Positions 1-9,952 of a DNA stretch of 64,000 nucleotides are shown here, piece after piece. A model generated the notes under the pieces. The model was not told the DNA's origin and searched no databases. It saw nothing but the letters and a program-made list of their open reading frames with translations. The translations under genes and the position numbers were made by a program. Position 1 is the first letter of the stretch; the number at the start of each line of letters is the position of its first letter. The stretch is from contig JBBTWT010000011.1 of the NCBI GenBank assembly GCA_038078615.1, positions 7,480 to 71,479 on the forward strand, read 5' to 3'. Source of the DNA: Patescibacteria group bacterium (lineage in GTDB: Bacteria; Patescibacteriota; Minisyncoccia; Moranbacterales; UBA1568).

Positions 1-1667
1 TTTTCCTTTTCCCTGAATCCGAATGAGGGATGCATATCCCGATTAATGACGATTTTTTTTATGCCATATATATCCAATGAAGTGTCAATCAGATCGTTCG
101 AAAAATTATTGAAAATCGAATCGAGATCCGGAGAAAGTGCCGAGTACGCCGCTATAAAAGGTTTGTTGATAGAATACACCAAGGGATCCCTGCCTCTGTA
201 ATATTTGTCGCCGTCATGATTCAAGAGGGTTACTTGATAATTCAGGGAACCCGGCAAACTCAGGTATCGATAATCGAGTTTATCGGTATTCAGCTCTTGC
301 ATAGCATTGAAGTAGCTTTCCTTGTAGAGGTATCTTCTCGAGACATACTTGTCTTCATCAATTTTGAAATCCGGAATAAAATTCAGCGTCAAGTAAGGAA
401 CGCTGCAAGCGAGCAAATAAACAACAAATGCATAGTAAGACCAATTGCGCCTTTTATTGCCAAAAACGGGAATCAAGGCGATGGTCAATAGAAATACCAG
501 TAAGACGCTGAATTTCTCTAGAGGACTCTTGAAAATAATGAAAAAAGGAACAGTATTCAGCATCCATAAGTAAGCATCCTGAAACGGCTGATTGATTCCT
601 TTATTGAGAAAAAGGACTAATAAGACGAAACTGACCACTATAATATATTTTCTTTGATGCTCTTTTTTTCGGTTATCCGTTCGGATGAACAGATGCCAAA
701 TAATCAAGACAAACGGGATAATCAGGATCATATCCATTGCGATACTGTTGTAGAAAACTGAAAAAAAACTGCTATCGGCATCAGACATCAATGTTTTCAG
801 CGAAAATATTCTTCCGATAATGCCCTCATCATCAGAGAGCTTGGCCCAATTGATAGCGAAATTCTTCGTATAAAAAAGACTCAGATCTTGGAATTGGAAT
901 CTTACGAGATTAATGAGCCACCAAGCATTAAAAAGAAGAAAGCTTGTTTCCAATAAAAGGAAGTTTTTGATCATTAGCCGATAATGAGTCGCGTGTGACT
1001 TGTCAGATCGCAGGTGATAGATTATTACGATTGAAATCAGTAAAAAAATATGAAAAATCCCTAAGTATGGAATATTTGAAAACGCATACGATAGCAGCGC
1101 GGTCAGAAAACCGAAAATCAGAAAAAGCTGCAAGCTCTTGAAATAATATTTATACAGCACGCCGAAGAGCAGCGGCAGTACGAATAATGGCGCTGTATTC
1201 CAAAACATCATGCTGTGGAGATGATAGGTAGAAAATGGATTGAGAATATAAAAGAGAGAAAGCAGGAACGATAACTTGAAACCCTGTTTGAGGATATTTT
1301 TTAAAAGCCAGAACATAGAAAAAAAAGGCAGTGCGTACATCAGGAAAATACTCAATACATTCGCCACTTTCAGTGAAATTCCAAAAAACTGCAGCCAATA
1401 GAAAAAATCAAAGATGCCGAACGTATAATTCAGTATAGGGTTAGGAAAGCCGGTGCCATTGTTTACAGAAACCCAGGTAAAATCGTACAGCTCCTTCGTC
1501 AAGAGGGTGTTCACATAATAATTGCCCTCTCCGCCCAAAAGAATGAAATTTTTAGAATAAAGAATAATGAGAGAAATCAACAAAAAACAAAATCCCAATA
1601 AGATGGTTAGGGGGTGTTGATTAAATATATTTTTAATCCAAAAAAATATATTCTGAACGCTGGACAT
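1..1667 (-). CDS. Partial polytopic membrane protein, at least 555 aa, running off the window start. Many TM helices precede a soluble C-terminal region. Putative GT-C-type glycosyltransferase or glycan polymerase of the glycan locus.
   Basis: Hand translation of the minus strand from the ATG at 1667..1665 stays open to position 1. With no stop codon in the window it is absent from the ORF track. The ATG overlaps the stop of the upstream gene (TAGTATG). The protein is Phe/Leu/Ile-rich and hydrophobic. Confidence 0.5.
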   Translation of the reverse strand, partial: MSSVQNIFFWIKNIFNQHPLTILLGFCFLLISLIILYSKNFILLGGEGNYYVNTLLTKELYDFTWVSVNNGTGFPNPILNYTFGIFDFFYWLQFFGISLKVANVLSIFLMYALPFFSMFWLLKNILKQGFKLSFLLSLFYILNPFSTYHLHSMMFWNTAPLFVLPLLFGVLYKYYFKSLQLFLIFGFLTALLSYAFSNIPYLGIFHIFLLISIVIIYHLRSDKSHATHYRLMIKNFLLLETSFLLFNAWWLINLVRFQFQDLSLFYTKNFAINWAKLSDDEGIIGRIFSLKTLMSDADSSFFSVFYNSIAMDMILIIPFVLIIWHLFIRTDNRKKEHQRKYIIVVSFVLLVLFLNKGINQPFQDAYLWMLNTVPFFIIFKSPLEKFSVLLVFLLTIALIPVFGNKRRNWSYYAFVVYLLACSVPYLTLNFIPDFKIDEDKYVSRRYLYKESYFNAMQELNTDKLDYRYLSLPGSLNYQVTLLNHDGDKYYRGRDPLVYSINKPFIAAYSALSPDLDSIFNNFSNDLIDTSLDIYGIKKIVINRDMHPSFGFREKE

Positions 1668-1668
1668 A

Positions 1669-2601
1669 CTAATCTTGCGAGTGGGTGATGACATACGTAT
1701 TTATCTCTGCTTTTTGCGGCCAAAATATTGACACAATAAACCTCACCACAAGTGTCATCGGCACAATCAAAACGAATAACAATATATCAATGAACCGATT
1801 ATTTCGTTTTAACATTCCGTAGAGACTGGCAGATAAGTCATGAAAATAGTAGTACGGATCAGCTGAAGAGGAAACTATTTCCAATTGATGCCTCTTTAAC
1901 AATGATTGTAGGCTCGTATAGTTATAAAAGAAGAGGTGTCTGGGCGTATCCAGATGAAACCAGCTGCTTTTCGCGATAGCGAACCCCAGACTGTCTCTGT
2001 TCGGAATATCGCATATTAAAAAGCCGTTGGTATTCAAAAGCTTCTTCAAAGCAGGTAAAAAAGTATTCGGATCGTCAATATGCTCTAAGACATGCCACAT
2101 AACAATCGCATCATATTTCTGGTTTCCTGGAAATTCTGGTGCATCAATCTTCTCCTGATATATGGTTACATCCGGATAATGCGCTTTGACATAGGCAGCG
2201 CCGTCATCATTGATTTCCACCCCGTATTTATCGAGAAGTTTCGGCAGTCTTGCTAGGAATGCACCGCGACCACAGCCTATTTCCAATAGCTTGTTGCCCC
2301 CCTTCAGAAATTTTCTTAGTATCTTCAGACGGCGCCGATGCCCTAAGAAATCTACCCATCGCAAAACAACCCGCACTACAACGTTATTCGTCGCTGATGC
2401 CGGGGTATAATAGTCATCAAGATAATACTTCTCGTAATAGCCGGCATCGATAGCGATGTCTGTGAAAACAGCTTTACACTCCAAACATTCAATGACCGAA
2501 AAATTCTCGTTTCCCAAAAGATGGCGGCCATGAACGTTTTTTGAAGTAAACAGCTTGCGGATATCTGAAGAACTGCATATTTTGCACTTAGACTCGCTCA
2601 T
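1669..2601 (-). CDS. Class I SAM-dependent methyltransferase with an N-terminal Cys4 zinc ribbon.
   Basis: CKIC...CLECK zinc ribbon, then the LEIGCGRGAF motif I and a VLEHIDDP motif. A 4-nt overlap couples it to the downstream membrane protein. Confidence 0.7.
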   Translation of the reverse strand: MSESKCKICSSSDIRKLFTSKNVHGRHLLGNENFSVIECLECKAVFTDIAIDAGYYEKYYLDDYYTPASATNNVVVRVVLRWVDFLGHRRRLKILRKFLKGGNKLLEIGCGRGAFLARLPKLLDKYGVEINDDGAAYVKAHYPDVTIYQEKIDAPEFPGNQKYDAIVMWHVLEHIDDPNTFLPALKKLLNTNGFLICDIPNRDSLGFAIAKSSWFHLDTPRHLFFYNYTSLQSLLKRHQLEIVSSSADPYYYFHDLSASLYGMLKRNNRFIDILLFVLIVPMTLVVRFIVSIFWPQKAEINTYVITHSQD

Positions 2602-2672
2602 CGCAGTAAATTTTTATATCAGAGAATTCCTCTCAATTTTCTTTCTTCTCTCTACGTCTGGATTTTTTAAGT

Positions 2673-3926
2673 CTAAATGATTTCAACTTTGGGTATAGGA
2701 ATGATAACTTTCCCGCCTTTTTTCCTATAACTCGCCAGCTTACGAAGTATTTCCTTTTTAAAGTTCCAAGGAAGCAGAAGCAGATAATCCGGCTGCTCCT
2801 CCGCTACCCTTTCCTGAGGGAAAACCTGTAAATGCGTTCTCGGTGCATAGAGCCCATGCTTGTATGGGATATTGTCTGTCAGATAATCGATGAGCTTGCC
2901 ATCAATGCCACAGTAATTAAGAAGAATATTGCCTTTGGCCGGCGCTCCGAAGCCCACGACCTTCTTTTTTCTTTTCTTCAGGCCAATCAGAAGCTTATTG
3001 AGATCTCTTTTGATAATAAGCACTTTTTTTGCGAACGCATCAAGAGTCTTCTTTTCGTGAATTCCCAGTCTTTCCTCTTCCACCAACAAGCGTTTCAATC
3101 GAGCAGTTTGCGACGATTCTGCACCCTTTCTTTTCACGTAGATTATTACCGATCCGCCATGTACCGGGGTCCGCTCCACGTCAAAAAGCTCGAGATTGAA
3201 ACGCTTGAACAGATGCGCCAACGGCTTCATCGAAAAATAACTCAGATGTTCATGATAGATAGTATCGAACTGCACGCCCTGAACCAAATCAACGAGATAT
3301 GGAAATTCTGCCACAAAGATACCGTCATCTTTCAAAACAACATTCAGACCCTTCAGAACGTCATCAAGATCGTCTATATGAGCAAACACGTTGGTACCGA
3401 TTACCAGAGAGGCTTGTCCTTTTTCCTTGACGATTTTATCGGCAATCTTCTTGCTGAAGAATGTATCCAGAGTCTCAATGCCCTCTTGATTCGCGATTTT
3501 TGCAAGATTTTTAGCAGGATCCACGCCCAAGACTTTTACACCGTATTTCTTAAACTTCTTTAAAAAAAGACCATCATTACTCCCCATCTCGACCACCAGC
3601 GAACGAGATGTCATTCCAAATCTCGCTATGAGTGACTGGGCCAGCTTATCAAAGTGATCAGCCATAGTCTTAGAGAATGTCGAGATGTAAACATAATTAG
3701 TATACATGAGAGACGGATTCACTACTTCCAACGTCTCAACCATACCGCACTTCGGACAGAAAACTACCGTCAAAGGAAATTTCAATTCAGGCTGGTCTAA
3801 CTGATATGAAGTCAAAAAATTATTCACCATCGGCATATCACCCAATGAAAAAATTTTCTTCAAATCCGTTGATTTACAAGTTCTACAATGCTTCACTATC
3901 TTTACCGGCTGCTTTTTCATATGCAA
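2673..3926 (-). CDS. NDP-hexose C-methyltransferase of the TylC3/NovU/EvaC family.
   Basis: N-terminal CRTCKS...CPKCG zinc ribbon, a methyltransferase core, and a C-terminal segment (DVERTPVHGGSVIIY; VVGFGAPAKGNILLNYCGID; LLLPWNFKKEI) that matches the TylC3 C-terminal domain. Confidence 0.8.
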   Translation of the reverse strand: MHMKKQPVKIVKHCRTCKSTDLKKIFSLGDMPMVNNFLTSYQLDQPELKFPLTVVFCPKCGMVETLEVVNPSLMYTNYVYISTFSKTMADHFDKLAQSLIARFGMTSRSLVVEMGSNDGLFLKKFKKYGVKVLGVDPAKNLAKIANQEGIETLDTFFSKKIADKIVKEKGQASLVIGTNVFAHIDDLDDVLKGLNVVLKDDGIFVAEFPYLVDLVQGVQFDTIYHEHLSYFSMKPLAHLFKRFNLELFDVERTPVHGGSVIIYVKRKGAESSQTARLKRLLVEEERLGIHEKKTLDAFAKKVLIIKRDLNKLLIGLKKRKKKVVGFGAPAKGNILLNYCGIDGKLIDYLTDNIPYKHGLYAPRTHLQVFPQERVAEEQPDYLLLLPWNFKKEILRKLASYRKKGGKVIIPIPKVEII

Positions 3927-3939
3927 ACAGTTAGACTGA

Positions 3940-5178
3940 TTAATTTTCTAAATTTCTCACTTTATCCAAAACAAAACGGACTCTCTTATTCCAATCCCAC
4001 TCTCGTGAAACGAGCTCAAAAGCGTCGTGTTTAAGTATACTATATTTTTCTTCGTTATGCAACAATTGCAAAACCGCCTCAGCAATTTTCTGGTAATCTC
4101 CTATAGGAGATACCCCTAAGAGGCCTTGTGGGTAACAATATTCGAAACCCTCCTGATCAAAAGCAACCACTGGAAGCCCACATGCCATACCTTCGGCTGC
4201 CGCCATCCCGCCGGTTTCGTAAATAGCCGAATGGAGGAAGATCCGCGCAGATTTCAGAAGCGCGTACTTCTCCGCGCCATCTTTGAAGCCTACCAGCGTG
4301 ACGTTTTGTTCCAAATGTTTTTCTTCGATAAAGGAGATGACCTGCTGCTCTTCTGAACCGTTGCCGATCATCAGCAATTGAGCATCCGGCATATTTTTTA
4401 CAACCTCTTCCCATGCTTTGACGGCTACCAATGGACCTTTCTGGGGATGAAAACGAGCCATAAATACCGCGTGATACATTTTTTCCTGTGGGGCCGGAAT
4501 ACTGTTGATAAAATCGAGATCCACTCCCCCGTAAATCGATATGATTTTTTCTGCGGGAAATCCATCCTGAAGGAAAATTTTCCGATCAAGCTCATTGCAG
4601 GCAATCACCAAGTCAGCATTTTTTCTTATCAGCCAGTAGCCGAGTAATTGCGTCAGCCAGTATCCAATTCCCATAATTCTTCTCATAATGGAAGTAGCGT
4701 AGGGATTGACTTTCTGCCAGGGCTTTGGCGCAAAAAAGTAAAAGGCGGCAATCCATTTTGCCTGTGGCTTTCTCCATTTGAGAAATATGGCCGGGATGAT
4801 ATCGGGTAGGAAATCTGAAACCGAAAATATATAATCCACGCCTTCCGTTATGCCCTTTTGCCTTCTCACGGTACGGATACCCTTGGCAAGCCTTACGAGA
4901 GAATGATAGAAGACACCAAACAATGAATAGAGGTCTGTTTCGTCATTTTTATCCGTTTCAACAAATGTAACGCCTTTCACGTTCTCCTGCTCTAGACGCC
5001 TGATAGTGCCACGAGAACCGAATAAGAACGTCTCAAAATTCTCAGGAATTTTTTTTAGCAGCTCGAAATAAATCCGGCTCCCGCCGCTCATCCCCTGGCC
5101 GGTATCAAGATTCGCTATAAAGATTATTTTTTTCCGAGCAGGGCGAGGAACCGTATTTTCCATAATATTATTCTTCAT
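3940..5178 (-). CDS. Glycosyltransferase family 4 (GT-B fold).
   Basis: C-terminal ETGGMAAAEGMACGLPVVA motif (E-x7-E) and overall GT4 architecture. Confidence 0.75.
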   Translation of the reverse strand: MKNNIMENTVPRPARKKIIFIANLDTGQGMSGGSRIYFELLKKIPENFETFLFGSRGTIRRLEQENVKGVTFVETDKNDETDLYSLFGVFYHSLVRLAKGIRTVRRQKGITEGVDYIFSVSDFLPDIIPAIFLKWRKPQAKWIAAFYFFAPKPWQKVNPYATSIMRRIMGIGYWLTQLLGYWLIRKNADLVIACNELDRKIFLQDGFPAEKIISIYGGVDLDFINSIPAPQEKMYHAVFMARFHPQKGPLVAVKAWEEVVKNMPDAQLLMIGNGSEEQQVISFIEEKHLEQNVTLVGFKDGAEKYALLKSARIFLHSAIYETGGMAAAEGMACGLPVVAFDQEGFEYCYPQGLLGVSPIGDYQKIAEAVLQLLHNEEKYSILKHDAFELVSREWDWNKRVRFVLDKVRNLEN

Positions 5179-6089
5179 TATTGTTTTCGTATATCGATAT
5201 GCTTTCTTTTCGCCGACACCCTTTTCAGGAACGAGTACAGTCCGAAAAACATTCCGTGAAATCTGATGGGGATTGCCGATCGTACAGACACGCTGATCTT
5301 GTCAATCAGAGTTTTCTGAAAATCTTGCGCGACTGCCTTCGTGTCTTCAGTCAATTTTTCGTAGAAAAACTGATTGGGAAGCTCTATGCGATCCACCTTC
5401 CTGACTTTTCTTGACAGGAAGCAATTCACCAATCGATTCTTCGGATTGAAAAACAATCCTGTGTAATCTTTTTCCTGATCATACGCATGATACCTGTCAT
5501 AAGTGCCACGAATCTCGACTATATATGATTCGACTATTTCGAAGCCATTGGCCAAGTAAAAATCATAGAAAAACGTCGGTGAAAATTGATAGAAACCGTG
5601 ATTCAGGAAGTTCTGAGCAGGGATGAATTGGAGCACATAACCCCCGGTCTTGGTCATCTTCACGATATTTTCCATCACCGCCCTCACATCAAAGATATGC
5701 TCCAATGTTCCGCTATCTACGATGAGATTGAAAAAATCATGATATCTGCTCTCGACGGGGTACTGCAGGTCATGAATGATCTTGGGCCGATCGAAATCAA
5801 ATTTGTCAATATCATAATACTCTTCCTCGGAGATCCCCAAGAATTCAAAAAAGGTTCTGGCATGAATGTAATTTTTCGCTTCTTTGTTGATGGTAGGAAC
5901 ATCGCCGCTCGTCGAAGAGAGGATTGTCCGAGGTTGGGACAACAGAATATCGTCTTCTTTCGCCCAGCGTCTGATATTCTCTGCGGTAGCATAAATATCC
6001 TGATTCCCAAAAGTCAGAATGGGACCAGAAAACTTATACTTTTTATTCTTCTTGAGGATGAATTGCAGGTTGGATGAGGTTAATCCCAT
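5178..6089 (-). CDS. Hypothetical protein, possibly a methyltransferase with a degenerate motif I.
   Basis: VDSGTLEHIFD ... KTGGYVLQ resembles post-motif regions of class I methyltransferases, but there is no clear GxGxG motif. Confidence 0.35.
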   Translation of the reverse strand: MGLTSSNLQFILKKNKKYKFSGPILTFGNQDIYATAENIRRWAKEDDILLSQPRTILSSTSGDVPTINKEAKNYIHARTFFEFLGISEEEYYDIDKFDFDRPKIIHDLQYPVESRYHDFFNLIVDSGTLEHIFDVRAVMENIVKMTKTGGYVLQFIPAQNFLNHGFYQFSPTFFYDFYLANGFEIVESYIVEIRGTYDRYHAYDQEKDYTGLFFNPKNRLVNCFLSRKVRKVDRIELPNQFFYEKLTEDTKAVAQDFQKTLIDKISVSVRSAIPIRFHGMFFGLYSFLKRVSAKRKHIDIRKQ

Positions 6090-6093
6090 AGTA

Positions 6094-7242
6094 TTATGCT
6101 TGCTTATTGCTTAAATTATATTCAAAATGGATTTCCTTTATAACCTTGCTATTGATTCGATTCTTGTAATAATCAGTCATCTTCCCGAGAAGAGAGCTGG
6201 GAACCACTATACTGCCTAAAGAGAAAAACCAGAATCTTACATTCAAGATATTTGATATTTTATACTTCAGCAGATAGCCGATTTCTCGGAGGAGAAAGTA
6301 CATGCCTGCATAGGATTTGATTTGAACCAAACCGACATAATTGGAAGCGATGATATTTTTTATGAAATACGCTTTCAAATTCTTGAATTCGTCCTCATAC
6401 AGTATCTCATCTAACATTTCAATCCATCGTTTGGTCGGTGATATATTATACAGCGTACTCCCCTTCTGTCGTATCGTGCTTTCCCCTATCCTTATTGCTA
6501 CCTGATGATTTTTCAAAAAAACCACCGGGTGTTTCTTGAAAACCTGAAGGAAGGGGTACCCATGCGCTATCCAGTCCTTATCCTCAGTAAAAAAGCTGTC
6601 TTCCAGATATTTCATTCGAAAAGCCAGACCAGACAACTGGCCCAAAATCTCATTATGCATAACATAATGCGCTGCCCTCGGAATATTGTGAATATCAATC
6701 ACTTCATTTTCCTCAAGCGTCGGGGTCACTCGTATCGGAGTCCGTATCTGGTCTGTACGGTCTTGGAACCAAAAATATGGCCTCGTCACCGCTCCTATGT
6801 TTTTATCACTTGTGAAGGCCTCAGATGTCTCCTTTAGGGCATTTTTTGACAATATGTCATCCGCTCCCAAAAAGTAAAGGATATCGCCGGTACAATTTCC
6901 CCATCCAGCTATAAGGTTTTTAGCATATCCAAGATTAGCGTTGTTTTTAAAGTACTGTATCCTAAAATCAGCAAAAAACCGGACTACAGTTTCGGTATTA
7001 TCTTGAGAATCATTATCCTGGATGATGATTTCAAAATCTTTGTATGATTGATTCAAAACACTTCTTATCGTATCACCGATAACATGTGCCATATTGTACG
7101 TCGGAATAACCACGCTTATTTTTAACGATTTTTGTTCGGATATCATATTCTTCTTAAGATAATTTCCCAATAATATTGCGGTGCAACTTTCGAATAATGT
7201 TCTATATTCATGACTGTAGACAATGCTTAATTTCGTTATCAA
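6094..7242 (-). CDS. Glycosyltransferase family 2. The real start is probably the internal Met near 7146.
   Basis: ISVVIPTYNMAHVIGDTIRSVLNQSYKDFEIIIQDNDSQDNT is a GT2 N-terminal signature. The ORF's 5' end overlaps the upstream reductase gene by 35 nt. Confidence 0.7.
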   Translation of the reverse strand: MITKLSIVYSHEYRTLFESCTAILLGNYLKKNMISEQKSLKISVVIPTYNMAHVIGDTIRSVLNQSYKDFEIIIQDNDSQDNTETVVRFFADFRIQYFKNNANLGYAKNLIAGWGNCTGDILYFLGADDILSKNALKETSEAFTSDKNIGAVTRPYFWFQDRTDQIRTPIRVTPTLEENEVIDIHNIPRAAHYVMHNEILGQLSGLAFRMKYLEDSFFTEDKDWIAHGYPFLQVFKKHPVVFLKNHQVAIRIGESTIRQKGSTLYNISPTKRWIEMLDEILYEDEFKNLKAYFIKNIIASNYVGLVQIKSYAGMYFLLREIGYLLKYKISNILNVRFWFFSLGSIVVPSSLLGKMTDYYKNRINSKVIKEIHFEYNLSNKQA

Positions 7243-8134
7243 TTATTTCTAAAGAAGTTTGCTTTGGAAGATACCCTATATCTCTGGCCTTCCTGTTTTT
7301 TGAGTAATACTGGTTTTTGATACTTATAGAAATTTGTTCTTTAGGGATCTTCATAATTGAATATTGTAATCCATATTTCTTTTTTAAAAATCTCAGTAGC
7401 GCGAACTTTGATACGGGCTTAACACTATAGATATCAAAAGCATTATTTATTTCTCCTTTTTTCATTATTAATTTCATCAGATCCCAGAGCTCGGCCGCGC
7501 CGATGTAATCCCGGATGATGTCATCCGAACTGGTTATCAAATTTTTCTGCTGCTGCAGAGCATAGACAATATCTCCCATAAGGTAACCTGAAGACAAATC
7601 AATAAAGCGGCTGAAAAAAGAAAAGATCCGTATATCTACGATATTGAAGTCTGACAAGGCTCTGTGTTTCGCTTCGGAATTTATTTTTGCGATAGCATAG
7701 AAATCGCTTGAGTCCAGGGCATTGGCGGCGATTGAAGATCGTGACGCCATTTTCGCCGGTTTCTCGATTTTATTTCCATACGCCGCCCCGCTGCTCAGAT
7801 TTATATACAGCGTGTCTGGATGATTTTGCAAATACTTTAAGACCAAATTATCGAATTTTTCCGTAACTTGAAAAATATCGATTCCCGCTTCTTTTCTCTG
7901 TTTCGGATTGCCGATACCGATGCAGTTTATGATGACGTCATATCGGCCTGTAGAAAACTCTTGGAAAGATCGGGTCGTAAATACCGGATTTTTGTCAATG
8001 ATCTGTAAAGAGCTCTGCAGCTTCCTCTGAGATCTGGCGAACAAAAAAAACTTATCTCCTTTTTGTCCAGATAAGCGATATACCAAGGACTTTCCAATAT
8101 ATCCCGTAGCACCCAGTATGGCTATATTTCTCAT
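7208..8134 (-). CDS. Short NAD(P)-dependent epimerase/dehydratase-family protein, like the CDP-3,6-dideoxyhexose 4-ketoreductases RfbJ and RfbS.
   Basis: IAILGATGYIGKSL Rossmann motif, about 300 aa, and a position next to E1 and the ThDP enzyme. Confidence 0.55.
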   Translation of the reverse strand: MRNIAILGATGYIGKSLVYRLSGQKGDKFFLFARSQRKLQSSLQIIDKNPVFTTRSFQEFSTGRYDVIINCIGIGNPKQRKEAGIDIFQVTEKFDNLVLKYLQNHPDTLYINLSSGAAYGNKIEKPAKMASRSSIAANALDSSDFYAIAKINSEAKHRALSDFNIVDIRIFSFFSRFIDLSSGYLMGDIVYALQQQKNLITSSDDIIRDYIGAAELWDLMKLIMKKGEINNAFDIYSVKPVSKFALLRFLKKKYGLQYSIMKIPKEQISISIKNQYYSKNRKARDIGYLPKQTSLEIIDNEIKHCLQS

Positions 8135-8182
8135 AGAATGTTCACTGTCTGTATTTCATTACTGCCGAATAGGAAGAAGCGA

Positions 8183-9952
8183 TCATAATGCGGCTTCATT
8201 GCTGATCGGATCAATGATCATGCTTTCCTTCAATTCTTCTCGACTGAGTTTCGGGCTGATATCTTCGATAGGATTATTCACCTCCAATTTCGGATAGACT
8301 TCCGTTGTCCCGCGAATGACGACCTCTATGAAACATGGTCCGGGTTTTTCCGCTATTTCTCCATACGTTGCGAGATTTTTCTTATCGATCTTGTAATAGG
8401 GAAGGTGATAGGCTTTGGCTAAAGCCTTGAAGTTCGGAACCGCATAACCGCCCTTTTTCGTCGTCCCTACCTTTTTTTTATCAAAATAGAGATCCTGGAA
8501 CTGAGTGATCATGCCAAGAGCATAATTATTCAGTACGACGACTTTGATAGGCAAATCATATTGGGAAATAAGCATCAAGGCTTGGACGGATATATGGAGA
8601 CCGCCGTCACCGGTAATCACGATGATATTTTTTCTCTCCTCATCGCTGAAACTCGCCCCCACGGCAAACGGCACGGCGCAACCCATAGGTGCCAATCCGC
8701 CGCTGGTAAAGAACTTCTGACCAGCGCGTATCTGAAGCGTCTGGAAAGCGAACATCTGGTTCTGCCCGACATCCACGCAATATATCTGGTCTTCTTTGGC
8801 ATATTTATCGATGAGCCACATGATTTCATAAGGAAGCCTGTTGGTACAGTTTTTCTCGACTTCCCTGGCTTGAGAATATTTTTCTTTGGTTTTTTTGATG
8901 TAGTTCTGCCACTCTTCTTGCGCTTCTTTCGCATCCTGGCGACTATTCATTTTTTCTAAGAACGTTTTTACGTCAGATCGTATCTTTATTCTGTGTTCAA
9001 GCCGATGATGCTCAATCTCATTCTTATCCAAATCAACGTGAACGATTTTTCCGCCTCGTAAAAAACTTTTCAATAACGTGCCGATCTGTCTCGTATCCAT
9101 TCTCGAACCGAGCGCGAATAAGAGGTCAGCATTCGCCAGGGTGATGTTGGCACACCGATTCCCATAGGCACCGATAACACCCACGAATAAATCATCATTT
9201 TCCGGAAAACTTCCCTTGCCCATCAGTGATGCGACCACGGGAATATGGTTATTTTTTGCGAATTGCAAGAGCTCTTTTTCCGCTTTTCCCCGAATAATCC
9301 CGCCCCCGGCAAGTATGATAGGCCGCTTGCTCTGCTTGAGCAGGGTAATGATTTCCTGTAAAGCTTCCGGGGAAGTTTCTTCGATCTGCACCCCTTCTTT
9401 TTCCGGACTGAAACCCTCAAGTTTTTCAGGATCGATCTCCGCTCTTTGGATATTCATAGGAATATCGATGACTACCGGCCCCGGTCTTCCTTCCTTGGCC
9501 ATATAAAAGGCCTTCTCAAGCTCATAGCGAATCTTCTGGGGATCGCTGACGATAGTGGCGTACTTGGTGATTGGCTGGACGATGCTTACGATATCCGTTT
9601 CCTGGAATCCCTGCTGCCTGATCGGCTTGTCATATTTGAATTCGTACGTGTTGACCTGGCCGGTAATAAAGACAGTCGGGATGGAATCGAAGTAGGCATC
9701 CGCTATTCCCGTCATGAGATTGGTCGCGCCGGGACCGCTCGTCGCCATGGCTACGCCTACTTTTCCGGAATTTTTCGCGTACCCTTCGGCTGCAAATGCC
9801 GCTGTCTGCTCATGATACACCTGGATATATTTGACAGTCGTCGTCTTACTCATAGAATCTACCAAATGAGTAATGGCTCCCCCGATGTAGCCGAAAACAT
9901 GATCAGTCCCTTGCTGGCGAATAAAATCAACGATATAATCTGATGCTTTCAT
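8183..9952 (-). CDS. Thiamine-diphosphate-dependent enzyme, acetolactate synthase large-subunit-like. In this context possibly a YerE-like branched-chain sugar synthase.
   Basis: Three-domain ThDP fold. Motif GDGGLHISVQALMLISQYDLPIKVVVLNN is the ThDP-binding motif. ATGA overlap with the E1 gene. Confidence 0.7.
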   Translation of the reverse strand: MKASDYIVDFIRQQGTDHVFGYIGGAITHLVDSMSKTTTVKYIQVYHEQTAAFAAEGYAKNSGKVGVAMATSGPGATNLMTGIADAYFDSIPTVFITGQVNTYEFKYDKPIRQQGFQETDIVSIVQPITKYATIVSDPQKIRYELEKAFYMAKEGRPGPVVIDIPMNIQRAEIDPEKLEGFSPEKEGVQIEETSPEALQEIITLLKQSKRPIILAGGGIIRGKAEKELLQFAKNNHIPVVASLMGKGSFPENDDLFVGVIGAYGNRCANITLANADLLFALGSRMDTRQIGTLLKSFLRGGKIVHVDLDKNEIEHHRLEHRIKIRSDVKTFLEKMNSRQDAKEAQEEWQNYIKKTKEKYSQAREVEKNCTNRLPYEIMWLIDKYAKEDQIYCVDVGQNQMFAFQTLQIRAGQKFFTSGGLAPMGCAVPFAVGASFSDEERKNIIVITGDGGLHISVQALMLISQYDLPIKVVVLNNYALGMITQFQDLYFDKKKVGTTKKGGYAVPNFKALAKAYHLPYYKIDKKNLATYGEIAEKPGPCFIEVVIRGTTEVYPKLEVNNPIEDISPKLSREELKESMIIDPISNEAAL